A DNA stretch of 64,000 nucleotides, taken from positions 832,001 through 896,000 of the forward strand of contig OY760935.1 of the NCBI GenBank assembly GCA_963664295.1, given 5' to 3'. The notes below the pieces were generated by a model that saw only the letters and a program-made list of their open reading frames with translations, was not told the origin of the DNA and did not search any database. The position numbers and the translations under genes are program-made. This DNA is from Candidatus Altimarinota bacterium (GTDB taxonomy: Bacteria; Patescibacteriota; Gracilibacteria; CAIRYL01; GCA-016699755). This document shows positions 39,227 through 48,990 of this stretch, in pieces (position 1 is the first letter of the stretch; each line of letters starts with the position of its first letter).

Positions 39227-42200
39227 TTAAACCACTAAGTCCAACACAGTAGCACATCTATCTACTTCACGAGTTGACATAATAAAGTCTATTATTTCAT
39301 CAGATTCCCCTGATTGCGACTGGCTAAATTTTAAACGAGCAATATTAGCAGCTTTTACAAATATTAAAATAGATAATAAGGCTGTCTCTGCTTTATTAAA
39401 AACGCTCAAATCTCCCTGAATTTCTTGTGTTTTTATTAATTTTGCTTCTTGTTGGTTGATTACAACATTCCATAAATCTTGGAATTCGCTTTGCGTTAAA
39501 TCTCTCAAAACATCAACATTACGATAAACCATCATAGCCTCTTCCGATGAATATAAATTACCTTCTCCCCCCCGATTGCCATCAATTGCTCCTATGACTT
39601 CCATTTTTAAAATTTCCTTTTCCTCCTGTGTTTCTGGCTTAGAAAGCATAATTAACTCAAGAATAGATTTAGCAATCATTTCTGCTTTACCAACATTACT
39701 TCCAACATTATTTAGACCCTCAAGATGAAGGATATCTTTTGCAATATCACGAACAGTTAGATTGCGATCATCTTTTTGCCTGCTTAAGTCCGCCATTGAC
39801 ATTTTTGCTGGTGGATAATCCACTGTCACATAATCCACTCTTCCTTTTGCATCAGGTGATAGCTGTCTAACGCCTTTATAACCTTTGCGCGCATTCATCG
39901 ACCCTGTGATTATTACACTTGGGTCTGCTTTTATTGTTTTTCCATCAGATGTAGTAATTGTGCGCCTGTGTGAAAGTAATGCATTAAAAAACTTCACCAT
40001 ATCTTCAGAAAGAGTGTTGTATTCATTAAAATACAAACATGCTCCTGGAGTCTCTAAAGCTTGGACAACTGCTGACGGAACTTTGATTGTTTTTCCGTCA
40101 AACTCAAAACTATAAGTTGCGTCACTAATTTCTGTCCATTTACTACAGTCAAAAGCAAAAAGTTCCCTATTTGTTTCTGCTAATAAAATATCAAGCAAAA
40201 AATCTTTTCCCGTTCCTGTGTCTCCTTCAAAAATTAACATACCTTTACCTGATTTTAATTGCATTTTCAAAAAAAGAGCTGCTTTTTTTAAATCATCTTT
40301 CACCCTATCTGTATAAACATAGTGCTCATTTAAAGTCGGCACATTTCTTTCTCTGTGACCATTAAATACTCCTAATTTTTTATAAACACTAGCAAGATAA
40401 ATTGCCTTTTTTTCTATGTCTGAAATTTTACTATCTTCTTCTTGCAACTCTTTTCTTAGGGCAATTAGTTCTTTTGGTGTTTTTTGTAGATATTTTTTAT
40501 ATGCTACTAATAATTTTGAATAATTTTCTTGGCTAACTTGATAAGCAAAATCTGACTCTAAAATATGCCTATCGCTAGGCGTAATTTTTCTTTTACCATT
40601 ATCCCTAAAAGAAAGAAAAACTTGGTCTCCTTGAATTTCTGGCTCTAGTTTCCAATTTACCCTTCTTGTTTTTACTCTAGCGTCTTCAAAATATAAATCA
40701 GGATCATTTTGCAAAAAAGAAAGCTCTCCTTTGAACTTAAGAAATTCTTGATTGACCTCTCTTTTGCGAGCTCTGATTCTATCCTTAAGATAAAGTTTTT
40801 TTCGCTCTTGCGCTCTTGGTGGCAATGCTTCAATGTCTGCAATTATTCTTTGATATGATTTTTTTCTTGAAAGCACACGCTCTTCCAAATTTTGAACTGA
40901 CTCAATCCCAGTAAGCATAAAATCAATTGCATCATTAATCTGTTGCATTCTTTTTTCCAGCTCTTGTCTTGCTTGAACTTTTTTTTGTGCTTCTTTTTGA
41001 CTAATTACACCTGCTCTTGATTTTAATGCTGACACAATATCAGCACGAATGTGAGCCTCTGATAACTCATGGTCTCTCGGAATTCTTCTGGCAACTGAGT
41101 CGCTTTTCAAAAGCTCTAAAAGGCCGTTATAATCTGGATCTTCCTCTTGAAAAGCTTGCAAATCTTCTGAAGTTTCAATAGTGCGAATTTTTGCCAAAAT
41201 TTTACCTTTTCTCTCTCCCAGGTCTTCAAAAAGTTGTTCATTGTCGACTTTTAAATAATCCTTCATTTTTTTGGCCAGCTTATCTTGCAACTTTCCTATT
41301 TCTTTATCTTTTTTAGGTTTTCTTTTGTCTAGTGAAACTTTTTTTAGTGTTTCAGCCATTTGAGTCAATTCACTTTGTGCGCTTGTTATTCCATCTAAAT
41401 TGCTAATATTGTCTAATTGTCCACGAATATCATCAACATTTTCGTATATTTTTGCGACTTGTATATCTTCTTCTTTTGATGCTATTGCTTGTGTTGCGAG
41501 CCCCACTAACTCATTTGCCAACTTAGTGCCCACCTTACTAACCATAGCAAGCCTTTCTTGCTCTAAGGCCATTCTTAGTTCTTGAATGTCTTCAGTAGAA
41601 GCAGCTTTATTGATTTGTTTTTGAAGTTTTTTAAGTATTTTTTGTTGAATTTTTTGGTTTTGTGGATCTAATTGGTCTAATTCTTCTGGACTTTGATCTC
41701 CGCCTTGCAATGTTGACTCTTGGCCAAATAAAGAGGCTACTTTTTTAGCTTCTTCCATTGAGGCTATTTTTGCTTTTGTTGCTTGTATTACTTTTTTTCT
41801 TTGTTCTCCACTGTCGCAAAAAATTTTGATCCTAGCCAATTTTGGATATTCATCATGTTGTGGAGTATAAGAAACCTGCAAGGTATCACTATTAATAAAC
41901 TTAAGATCGCACTCTTTCATATGTTGCCTTTCGCCCTCTTTCCAAGGCTCAAAATTTGGCATATCAACATTGCCTTTAATAAAAAGTCGTTTTTGACCAG
42001 AAGCTTCTTCTGTGAGAATTACTGTACGATTAACAGATAAAATTTTTTCACCACCAGACATGCCAAAATTGCATGGGCGAAGTCCATCATAAGGATTATC
42101 AAAATCAAAACGCATCCATGTGCCATCATTTTTAATAAGAAATATATTATTACGATTAAAGACATAAAGACTCTCTGGCTTATAATCATCCAAAGGAAAG

Positions 42201-42955
42201 TTAAAACCTTGCTCATTAACTTGCAAATAATGATCTCTCTCGTCTTGAGCAATAATGGCTTTCGTACCATCATAACCAACAGAAAAACTTGTGCCATCAG
42301 CTACATTTGAGACAGATTGCTTCATTCTTGCGCCATACATATACCACCTTTCGGATTCCTTTGCCATTGCATACACTTTTCCATTGTTGATTTGTATACT
42401 ATTCAGATCAACTGAATCCCACTCACAAACTCCTTCTTCTGTTAACAAAAGACCATCACGTATAACAGCCCCCACTGTACCATCAGAGCCAACGGTAATA
42501 CTTTCTGGCTTAAAGCCAGATTCTTTAGAAAAAACTTCATTATTTACTACTAATTTATCGTCTATCAATGCTGCTACTGTGCCATCAGCACCAACTTTAA
42601 TACTATCCGGATTAACTTCGCCCTTCCATCTTTTACCATTAACCCATAATTGCTTCTTCGATGGAGCATCTGCTTTTTGAAAATATGTTAATGGGTTTTT
42701 ATCAACTGCTGCTGCCACTGTGCCATCAGGGCTAAGGCGTATATTTTTTGCAAAACCGCCTCCTAAAAGTTTCCAAGTTTTATCACCAAGAGATATTTTT
42801 CCATAACCAACATCAACTGGCTTAATCCACTCAGTTACACAACTCTGCTGTTCCTCTAAACTTGATAATTGTTTTTGCAAATCTTCTAATGAAGGTTCTT
42901 TTTTGGAAAAATTAAAATGTTTACCCAATTTTTGCCCTAAATCATTTAATTTCAT
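39227..42955 (-). CDS. Large AAA+ ATPase (MoxR/CbbQ/dynein-related) with N-terminal beta-repeats and coiled coil
   Basis: Walker A GDTGTGKD, Walker B CLYFNEYN, SMN sensor I, STRE; repeated [PAS]DGTV[AG]A motifs. Confidence 0.88.
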   Translation of the reverse strand: MKLNDLGQKLGKHFNFSKKEPSLEDLQKQLSSLEEQQSCVTEWIKPVDVGYGKISLGDKTWKLLGGGFAKNIRLSPDGTVAAAVDKNPLTYFQKADAPSKKQLWVNGKRWKGEVNPDSIKVGADGTVAALIDDKLVVNNEVFSKESGFKPESITVGSDGTVGAVIRDGLLLTEEGVCEWDSVDLNSIQINNGKVYAMAKESERWYMYGARMKQSVSNVADGTSFSVGYDGTKAIIAQDERDHYLQVNEQGFNFPLDDYKPESLYVFNRNNIFLIKNDGTWMRFDFDNPYDGLRPCNFGMSGGEKILSVNRTVILTEEASGQKRLFIKGNVDMPNFEPWKEGERQHMKECDLKFINSDTLQVSYTPQHDEYPKLARIKIFCDSGEQRKKVIQATKAKIASMEEAKKVASLFGQESTLQGGDQSPEELDQLDPQNQKIQQKILKKLQKQINKAASTEDIQELRMALEQERLAMVSKVGTKLANELVGLATQAIASKEEDIQVAKIYENVDDIRGQLDNISNLDGITSAQSELTQMAETLKKVSLDKRKPKKDKEIGKLQDKLAKKMKDYLKVDNEQLFEDLGERKGKILAKIRTIETSEDLQAFQEEDPDYNGLLELLKSDSVARRIPRDHELSEAHIRADIVSALKSRAGVISQKEAQKKVQARQELEKRMQQINDAIDFMLTGIESVQNLEERVLSRKKSYQRIIADIEALPPRAQERKKLYLKDRIRARKREVNQEFLKFKGELSFLQNDPDLYFEDARVKTRRVNWKLEPEIQGDQVFLSFRDNGKRKITPSDRHILESDFAYQVSQENYSKLLVAYKKYLQKTPKELIALRKELQEEDSKISDIEKKAIYLASVYKKLGVFNGHRERNVPTLNEHYVYTDRVKDDLKKAALFLKMQLKSGKGMLIFEGDTGTGKDFLLDILLAETNRELFAFDCSKWTEISDATYSFEFDGKTIKVPSAVVQALETPGACLYFNEYNTLSEDMVKFFNALLSHRRTITTSDGKTIKADPSVIITGSMNARKGYKGVRQLSPDAKGRVDYVTVDYPPAKMSMADLSRQKDDRNLTVRDIAKDILHLEGLNNVGSNVGKAEMIAKSILELIMLSKPETQEEKEILKMEVIGAIDGNRGGEGNLYSSEEAMMVYRNVDVLRDLTQSEFQDLWNVVINQQEAKLIKTQEIQGDLSVFNKAETALLSILIFVKAANIARLKFSQSQSGESDEIIDFIMSTREVDRCATVLDLVV

Positions 42956-43025
42956 TTTGTTTTTTAAAATTTTTGTTTTTATTTTTTAAATATTATATAA
43001 TTATACAATATTAATATATAATTTT

Positions 43026-45893
43026 CTAGTCATTATTAATGCGTAATTTTCTAGTCATTTTATTAATTGATACTCTTAGTACTGTGAAAGCTTCTTTGAG
43101 CAACGAGCTATAATCATCAACAACGACTGTGCCTTTTCCTCTTTCTCCAAAATATTGCTCCATTGGTGTTATTTGATCTATTTCATGCTGACTTGCACCT
43201 TGCAACCCTCGCAAGAAAAAGCCCATTGCTAAATGTTTTGAACGAACTCCTTCGCCATTATATTCATTCCAGCCATTTATAAATCTTGTTAATTTATCAT
43301 CTTGCAACGCGCCAAAAGTTTCTCCATCTGAGATTGCAAAAAGCGCACTCATGTAATCTGGGTAATTTTTTTTATGCTCATTTAAATCATTGTTCATTTG
43401 CCATATTGCTTCTCCCATGTCAGTGCCCCCGCGACCAGTATAAACAACTTTATTGTTTCTGATTGAAGTTAACATTTTCATAAGCTCATATTTCATTCTT
43501 GGTTGTTCGCTAAACTGCTTTCCAAATTTCACCACCTTCTCTGTGTAGTCATCAAAAAGATAAATTGCTAAATCAACGTCAAATTTCTCTAGACCAAGAG
43601 CGAACAATAATAATGTTTTTAGGCTTTCTTTCAGCTTATCCCCACACATGGACATAGATATGTCTAAAAGAAAACCAACCATCATTCTTGCTTCGCTACT
43701 TTCTTTAATTTCACGAGATTTAATAACTTTACCTTGTAATCTTTTATCATATTTTCCCAGTGCTCTTACATCTAACTTGCTCCCTGATCTTCTGTTTATA
43801 TTTCCATATTGAATACTTGTTTTTTTGGGCAAAATTCTTTCCATCATTCGTGTAAATTTAACAATATCAGGTTTAACCTCCTGCAATAAAGTGTTGTATT
43901 CATCAAACAAAATTTCTTCTTCTATTGTTGGCTGTTCTTGGTCACCTTCTATAAAACCATTATTTTTCATGTTTTTAATCTTATTCGCTCTTTCTTTTTC
44001 TAATTGTTCTCTTCTTGCTTTTGCTTTTTCTTCAATTTCATCTTTGTGTTGCCATGGCATATCTTCATTTTTTAATAAATCATCTATTTGATCAGGTCGT
44101 TTTGCCTGGTCAATTTGATCTCTTAATTCTTCCTTTCTTCTTTCATCCACCTTTTCTTGTCTTTCAAATTCATCAATTTCTTCTTTTGCTTTTTCAGCAT
44201 CACTACTCATAGCTGTATTGAGATCGGGTCGATATTCGCCATTTTTGCCTTTTTTCATTTGCATAATACTTGGCATATCTTCATTAAGCTGCTCTGATTG
44301 CTCTCCATCTAACTCTGCACGAGCTTTTTCTGCAAGTTCTTTTTTTTCTTTATCTGATAATCCATCTATAGCCTCTTTTATCTTTTGTTTTAAGTCATCA
44401 GGAATCTGATTAATATCAATTGGCTTATTTTTCATTGCTTCCCCAATTTTTACCTGAGTGTCTTTTGATATATCTTCCAGCTCTTCTCCTTTGTCTTGTT
44501 TTTCTTCTTGATTTTCTCCACCTTGTTCACCAGAACCTGATTCTTTGTCTTGATTGCCTGCATCAGGTGTTTCATTTCCTAATTCTTTGTCTTGATCTGC
44601 ATGATTTTCATCTTCTTGTCCTACTGAACCCTTACTTGCTTCTCCTTCTTCATTTTGACCACCTTCTTGATTTTCACCCTCTTGTTCGTCTGAGTCTGAT
44701 TCTTGATCTTGATTGCTTTGTTCTCCTGAAGCTGGTTTTCGCTCTCCATCTTCTTGGCCCTCTGATCCTTCTTTTTGATCTGTCTTCTTATCTTCGTCCT
44801 GCGTTTGTTCTTCTTTTGCTCCTGACTGATCTTGATTTTCCTGACTCTGTCCACCTGGCGAAGATGATTCTCCTTCCTGACTTTCCTCTTGTTGCCCCGA
44901 CCGTGGCTGATTTTGTCTTTCTATTTCTTTTTTTATTTGATCTTGTAAGTCAGGTGGCAAATTATTAAATGGACTTGAGTTATCACCTTGACCACTTGCT
45001 TGTGCTTGATCCATAAGATTTTCTATTTCTTTATCTTGAACTGCTTGTTGTTCTAGCACTTTATATTCTGGCCATATTTGCTTAGTTAATATAATATTTG
45101 CTTCTTCTGCATTTGACACAAAATATTGTGCAACTGCTGGCTCTATTTTATTAAACACTTTTTGCACATCTGGTGATAATGACTTCCTTGCTTCTTCAAA
45201 CTCTTTCTCGCTCATCATTCCCAAAAAATCTTTTACCATTTTTAATTTTACAAGTAAGGCAATTTGTCTAGTAACTGGGTTTTTATGCCAACGTTCTACT
45301 GAGCCTATGTAATCTTCATGAAGCTTTATTTGCTTTCTTCTTTTAATTTCAGACTCACCAACTCCTAAATAAGTTATCCTACCATCTGCAAGTCCATTTG
45401 CAATCAATCCCATACTGGAAGGCAAATAACCTTCGTCCATAGCTTGGCGCATGTTTTGAAAACCATACTTATAGTTATCATGAACAGCATGCCAAGTTTC
45501 ATGATCAAGAGTTGCCATTAATACATCTTCTTCTGTTTCTGCTATTTGATCTTCCACATAAAAAATAGTCTGTGGCTTAAAAAGTGCATCATTAACATGA
45601 TCCAATGAATCAGTCTCTTTTGTTTCTAAAAACCTAACAAGTTCACCATGTAAGTATTCATCTTTTGATCCATCAAAAGAACATTTCCAAGCTTGCTCAG
45701 GATCATTTTTTGGCAGAGGCAAAACCTCAATTCCATATTGAGCATAGTATTTTGCAATAAAAGATATTGCCTTTTTTAAGCGATAAATTTCTTCTTTGGT
45801 TTTTGGTGCTTTTTTTTCGGGCGCTTGAGGCTTTTTTATGCTTTCCTGTTGTTTTTCCGGCAATGAATTAGGCTGATTAGAATATAATCCCAT
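43026..45893 (-). CDS. vWA protein with N-terminal HEXXH domain and acidic low-complexity linker
   Basis: DHETWH; E/Q/D/G-rich linker; MIDAS DISMS, GGTD, ISDG. Confidence 0.88.
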   Translation of the reverse strand: MGLYSNQPNSLPEKQQESIKKPQAPEKKAPKTKEEIYRLKKAISFIAKYYAQYGIEVLPLPKNDPEQAWKCSFDGSKDEYLHGELVRFLETKETDSLDHVNDALFKPQTIFYVEDQIAETEEDVLMATLDHETWHAVHDNYKYGFQNMRQAMDEGYLPSSMGLIANGLADGRITYLGVGESEIKRRKQIKLHEDYIGSVERWHKNPVTRQIALLVKLKMVKDFLGMMSEKEFEEARKSLSPDVQKVFNKIEPAVAQYFVSNAEEANIILTKQIWPEYKVLEQQAVQDKEIENLMDQAQASGQGDNSSPFNNLPPDLQDQIKKEIERQNQPRSGQQEESQEGESSSPGGQSQENQDQSGAKEEQTQDEDKKTDQKEGSEGQEDGERKPASGEQSNQDQESDSDEQEGENQEGGQNEEGEASKGSVGQEDENHADQDKELGNETPDAGNQDKESGSGEQGGENQEEKQDKGEELEDISKDTQVKIGEAMKNKPIDINQIPDDLKQKIKEAIDGLSDKEKKELAEKARAELDGEQSEQLNEDMPSIMQMKKGKNGEYRPDLNTAMSSDAEKAKEEIDEFERQEKVDERRKEELRDQIDQAKRPDQIDDLLKNEDMPWQHKDEIEEKAKARREQLEKERANKIKNMKNNGFIEGDQEQPTIEEEILFDEYNTLLQEVKPDIVKFTRMMERILPKKTSIQYGNINRRSGSKLDVRALGKYDKRLQGKVIKSREIKESSEARMMVGFLLDISMSMCGDKLKESLKTLLLFALGLEKFDVDLAIYLFDDYTEKVVKFGKQFSEQPRMKYELMKMLTSIRNNKVVYTGRGGTDMGEAIWQMNNDLNEHKKNYPDYMSALFAISDGETFGALQDDKLTRFINGWNEYNGEGVRSKHLAMGFFLRGLQGASQHEIDQITPMEQYFGERGKGTVVVDDYSSLLKEAFTVLRVSINKMTRKLRINND

Positions 45894-46001
45894 TTATTAT
45901 TTATTTTAAATCTTAATATTATAACATAAAAAATAAATAATAGCAAATCTATAAATTCACCAAATATAATAAAACAAATAGGTAAAATTTTAATCCAATT
46001 T

Positions 46002-46056
46002 TTAAACAAAAGGATTATAAGCCCACTGTAACAAGGCTTGTCTTTGTTTTTTGCGA
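46002..46056. repeat. 55-bp exact direct repeat, copy 2 (true 3' end of gene 46002..46562)
   Basis: Identical to 39093-39147; ends exactly at the stop codon. Confidence 0.95.
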
Positions 46057-46562
46057 CAATCTAAGTCGCCTGCAAAACAATGTTTTTTGACTTGTGCTTG
46101 GTGTCTTTTAAATGCTCGCCAGCGTTTTATTTGCCTTTGATCTAGTTCTTGGTCACGCCTGCCAAGATAATAACGGCAATACCACTGAAACCAACCTCTT
46201 ACGTCAGGATCATTTGGCAATATCCAGCCTTTTTCTCGCCAAATTTGTAATGACTGACGGGATTTTATCTTAAAAAAATTTTTGCTGACATCTGGTTTTT
46301 GAGAAGAAAGGCTTTTTATGGCTTGTTCATACCACTCTTTTGGTAATTCTCTTGTGCAATCATTGAGATATTTTCCCTCAAATACGCCCATTTTTAACAT
46401 TTCTGCTGGGCTTAACTCTGGTCTAAAATTTGGATCAAAAATTTTTCCCACTGGCGCACTCAAAATATAATGATAATTTTTTTGCATTAAATCATTAGCA
46501 ACAATCTTGTCACCGATTTTGTAGTCTTTTTGGCTTTTTGCTTTGGCAAGATTAATTGTCAT
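46002..46562 (-). CDS. Conserved hypothetical protein (186 aa)
   Basis: P.EML.MGVFEGKY, W..KGWI...D.RGWFQWYCRYYLGRR, RQALLQWAY motifs. Confidence 0.85.
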   Translation of the reverse strand: MTINLAKAKSQKDYKIGDKIVANDLMQKNYHYILSAPVGKIFDPNFRPELSPAEMLKMGVFEGKYLNDCTRELPKEWYEQAIKSLSSQKPDVSKNFFKIKSRQSLQIWREKGWILPNDPDVRGWFQWYCRYYLGRRDQELDQRQIKRWRAFKRHQAQVKKHCFAGDLDCRKKQRQALLQWAYNPFV

Positions 46563-46680
46563 TTTGCTTATTAGGCTAATTTTATTATATATTTTTTTTA
46601 ATTTATTTAAACCTGTTCAATAAACCTTGTTTAAGGTAAAATTTTCAAGCACAATTTATACATAATTATTTTACCTAAAT

Positions 46681-48990
46681 ATGGCAGAACAAAGCTTAGA
46701 CATGAGCACAATGCAAGATGCTGATATTGCTAAATTTCTCAAAGATAACCAAATTGGTCTTACTGTTTCTGAGGCTCGTAAAATTCAAGATGAAATCTTA
46801 AATCGCCCACCTACTATGACCGAATTGGTTGTTTGGGGTATTCAGGGATCTGAACATTCTAGTTATAAATCGAGTAAAAAATATTTAAAAAATCTGCTTA
46901 CTGAAGGCGAAAATGTAATTCTTGGCCCTTCGGAGGATAGCGGTATTATTAAATTTTGTGAGGCTGGCGGAAAAACTTTTGGACTTGTTTTGTCGCATGA
47001 AAGTCATAATCACCCTTCGCAAGTTGTGCCTTATGAAGGTGCGGCTACTGGCGTTGGTGGTATTGTGCGTGATATTGCTTGTATGGGTGCTAAGGTGATT
47101 GGCTGTGCGGACATGCTTCGCTTTGGTGATATAAATCGCAATGAAACTAAGCTTATTGCTAGTGGTGTAATTGAGGGAATTGCTGGTTATGGCAATCCTC
47201 TTGGTGTTCCTAATCTTGGTGGTGATTGTTTTTTTCATTCTAGTTTTAATGAAAATTGTCTTGTTAATGTTGGCTCTGTGGGCTTAATTGAGGCTGATAA
47301 AATTCTTCATTCTTATGTGCCTGCTGATGCCAAAAATGAGGAATATGAATTTATTTTAGTTGGTAAACCAACTGATCGTAGTGGTTTTGGTGGTGCTAGT
47401 TTTGCTTCTGCTGTGCTTGACGAAAAAGACAAAGAACAAAACAAAGGTGCTGTTCAAGAGCCTAATCCTTTTCTTGAGCGTCATCTTTTGGCTAGTTTTT
47501 ATGATTTATTTAAAATTCTTGATCAAGAAAATTTACTTCCAAAAATAGGATTTAAAGACCTTGGCGCTGGTGGGGTGCTTTGCGCTACTGTTGAGCTAGC
47601 GGAAAGCGCTGGTTTTGGCGCAGAGGTTTTTGTGGAAAATATTCATGTAGCAGAAGAAAACCTTCCTCCTGCGGTTGTGCTTTGCTCAGAAACACAAGAG
47701 AGATTTTGTTTTGCTGTACCAAAAACTTTAACTACTTTGTTTTTGGATCATTTTAATAAAAAATGGGCTTTGCCTGATGTTTCTGCTGGTGCAATGGCGA
47801 GTGTTGTTGGTCATGTACGTCAAGATGGCATTTATCGAGCTACTCTTAATGGTGAAGTTGTTTGCAATGCCCCTGCTAGTAGTATTACTGAAGGACTTAC
47901 TGTTGATCGCCCATTCCAAAAACCTACCAAAGAATTGAAAGAACTTGTGATTGATTTTTCTATAATTGATTATGATCAACTTTTAAAAGAGTTGTTGGGC
48001 AGAGAAAATCTTTGTTCTTTGGAGAGAATTTATGAAAATTACGACCAAACTGTGCAGGGGAATGCAGTTTTGGAGCGTTGGCAAGCTGAAGCTAGTGTTT
48101 GTGCTCCGCTTCGAGACAGAGAAGATTTAACAGAAATAGAAAAGAAAAATGCTTTTGCTGTAGGCATTGGTGGCAATGCGCTTATTGGTGAAATTTCTCC
48201 TTATTGGCAAGGTGTTTATGCTGTGCTAAATGCTATTCAAAAATCTGCATCAGTTGGAGCAAAAACAATTGGTCTTACTGATTGTCTTTGTTATGGCAGT
48301 CCGGAAGTTCCAGAAGAAATGTGGGAATTTGTTGAGGGCATTCGCGGTGTTAGTGAAACATCCAAGGAATTTAATACGCCTTTTGTAAGTGGCAATGTTT
48401 CTCTTTATAATCGGGGAATGAAAGGCTCAGTTAATCCTTGTGTCACTATTTGTGCTTTTGCAACAATGGACAATCAAGACAATGCCAAAAAAAATAGCTT
48501 TCAAGAAGAAGGTAATGCGATTTATATTATTGGAGAAAGGCCTGTTGAGCTTGGCGGAAGTGAATTTACTGCTCATCTGGAACAACTTGGCAACAAAACT
48601 CCTGCTTTAAATTTTGAACAAGCTCAAAAAATTACTAATTTTGTTATTGAGGCTAATCCTATTATAAAAAGCTCATCTGTTATTAAAGAGGGTGGTCTTT
48701 TGGTTAATCTTGCAACAATGGCAATCAGGGCAAAAAAAGGTTTTGATGTCGATTTATCTGAATTTATACCTGAACAATTATTCTCTGAATTTAATGGATT
48801 TATTGTTGAAATTGCCAATACTGAAGAATTTGAAAATCTTGCTCAAAAAAAAGGCGTAAAAGTGCAAAAAATCGGCACAATCCAAGGAGATAAAATGCAG
48901 GGAAAAATGCCTTTAGAAAAAGAATTAAATCTTGATCTAAAAGAGGCAGAAAAAATCTGGAAAAACGCACTTAGAAAAAAATTAGGCTAA
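46681..48990 (+). CDS. purL: Phosphoribosylformylglycinamidine synthase subunit PurL
   Basis: SEHSSYKSS, ESHNHPS, GAATGVGG, DLGAGG, SETQER, VSGNVSLYN. Confidence 0.96.
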   Translation: MAEQSLDMSTMQDADIAKFLKDNQIGLTVSEARKIQDEILNRPPTMTELVVWGIQGSEHSSYKSSKKYLKNLLTEGENVILGPSEDSGIIKFCEAGGKTFGLVLSHESHNHPSQVVPYEGAATGVGGIVRDIACMGAKVIGCADMLRFGDINRNETKLIASGVIEGIAGYGNPLGVPNLGGDCFFHSSFNENCLVNVGSVGLIEADKILHSYVPADAKNEEYEFILVGKPTDRSGFGGASFASAVLDEKDKEQNKGAVQEPNPFLERHLLASFYDLFKILDQENLLPKIGFKDLGAGGVLCATVELAESAGFGAEVFVENIHVAEENLPPAVVLCSETQERFCFAVPKTLTTLFLDHFNKKWALPDVSAGAMASVVGHVRQDGIYRATLNGEVVCNAPASSITEGLTVDRPFQKPTKELKELVIDFSIIDYDQLLKELLGRENLCSLERIYENYDQTVQGNAVLERWQAEASVCAPLRDREDLTEIEKKNAFAVGIGGNALIGEISPYWQGVYAVLNAIQKSASVGAKTIGLTDCLCYGSPEVPEEMWEFVEGIRGVSETSKEFNTPFVSGNVSLYNRGMKGSVNPCVTICAFATMDNQDNAKKNSFQEEGNAIYIIGERPVELGGSEFTAHLEQLGNKTPALNFEQAQKITNFVIEANPIIKSSSVIKEGGLLVNLATMAIRAKKGFDVDLSEFIPEQLFSEFNGFIVEIANTEEFENLAQKKGVKVQKIGTIQGDKMQGKMPLEKELNLDLKEAEKIWKNALRKKLG

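Larger units (their letters stand above)
39093..46056. mobile_element. Putative integrated islet (~6.9 kb) carrying AAA+ and vWA genes; no integrase
   Basis: Bounded by a 55-bp exact direct repeat encoding RKKQRQALLQWAYNPFV* on the minus strand. Confidence 0.65.

Noticed and set aside
44420-44968. 182-aa Leu-rich plus-strand ORF
   Set aside because: Antisense shadow of the acidic low-complexity linker of the vWA gene.
39093-46056. Diversity-generating retroelement template/variable repeat pair
   Set aside because: The 55-bp copies are identical, with no adenine-specific mismatches, and no reverse transcriptase is present in the window.
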